From Jimgerdemannia flammicorona (taxonomy: Eukaryota), in contig RBNJ01000049.1 of NCBI GenBank assembly GCA_003990765.1, positions 1-46,961 of the forward strand: a stretch of 46,961 nt of DNA, written 5' to 3'. The translations under genes and the position numbers were made by a program. This document shows positions 46,945 to 46,961 of the stretch, one piece after another. Under the pieces are notes generated by a model that ran no database searches, had not been told where the DNA came from, and was given only the letters and a program-made list of their open reading frames with translations. The number at the start of each line of letters is the position of its first letter. Position 1 is the first letter of the stretch.

Positions 46945-46961
46945 TTTTTTTTTTTTTTTTT
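46945..46961 (-). repeat. Poly(T) at the window edge, probably the tail of another retroinsertion into the gypsy pol
   Basis: The T-run abuts gypsy coding sequence; truncated by the window. Confidence 0.5.

Noticed and set aside
1-46961. CRISPR arrays, tRNA/rRNA genes, prokaryotic operons or defence systems
   Set aside because: No regularly spaced repeats or RNA-gene signatures seen; the content is eukaryotic retroelement DNA.

Overview
Eukaryotic DNA, most likely fungal and possibly an early-diverging lineage (inferred from the CCDC25 protein and the transposon families). The window is almost entirely nested retroelements, most of them CpG-depleted and broken by C>T/G>A transitions. From left to right: (1) 1-2397, the 5' part of a young, GC-rich Penelope-like element on the - strand. 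It has an inverted pseudo-LTR and an ORF1 with two CxxC-x9-H-x4/5-C motifs, joined to the RT frame by an in-phase A_AAA_AAA slippery site plus a predicted H-type pseudoknot. (2) A decayed Ty3/gypsy element (gag-dUTPase-protease) holding an intronless, poly(A)-tailed CCDC25 retrocopy flanked by a 16-bp target-site duplication (TSD). (3) Six copies or fragments of an L1/Tx1-like LINE, one of them full-length with a TSD. (4) An AT-rich MITE-like element. (5) A 3.4-kb CpG-retaining island with splice signals but no recognisable product. (6) Two more dUTPase-bearing gypsy elements; one has a decayed ORF of about 286 codons inside its LTR. All alignments and translations were done by eye, so boundaries of decayed elements are approximate.
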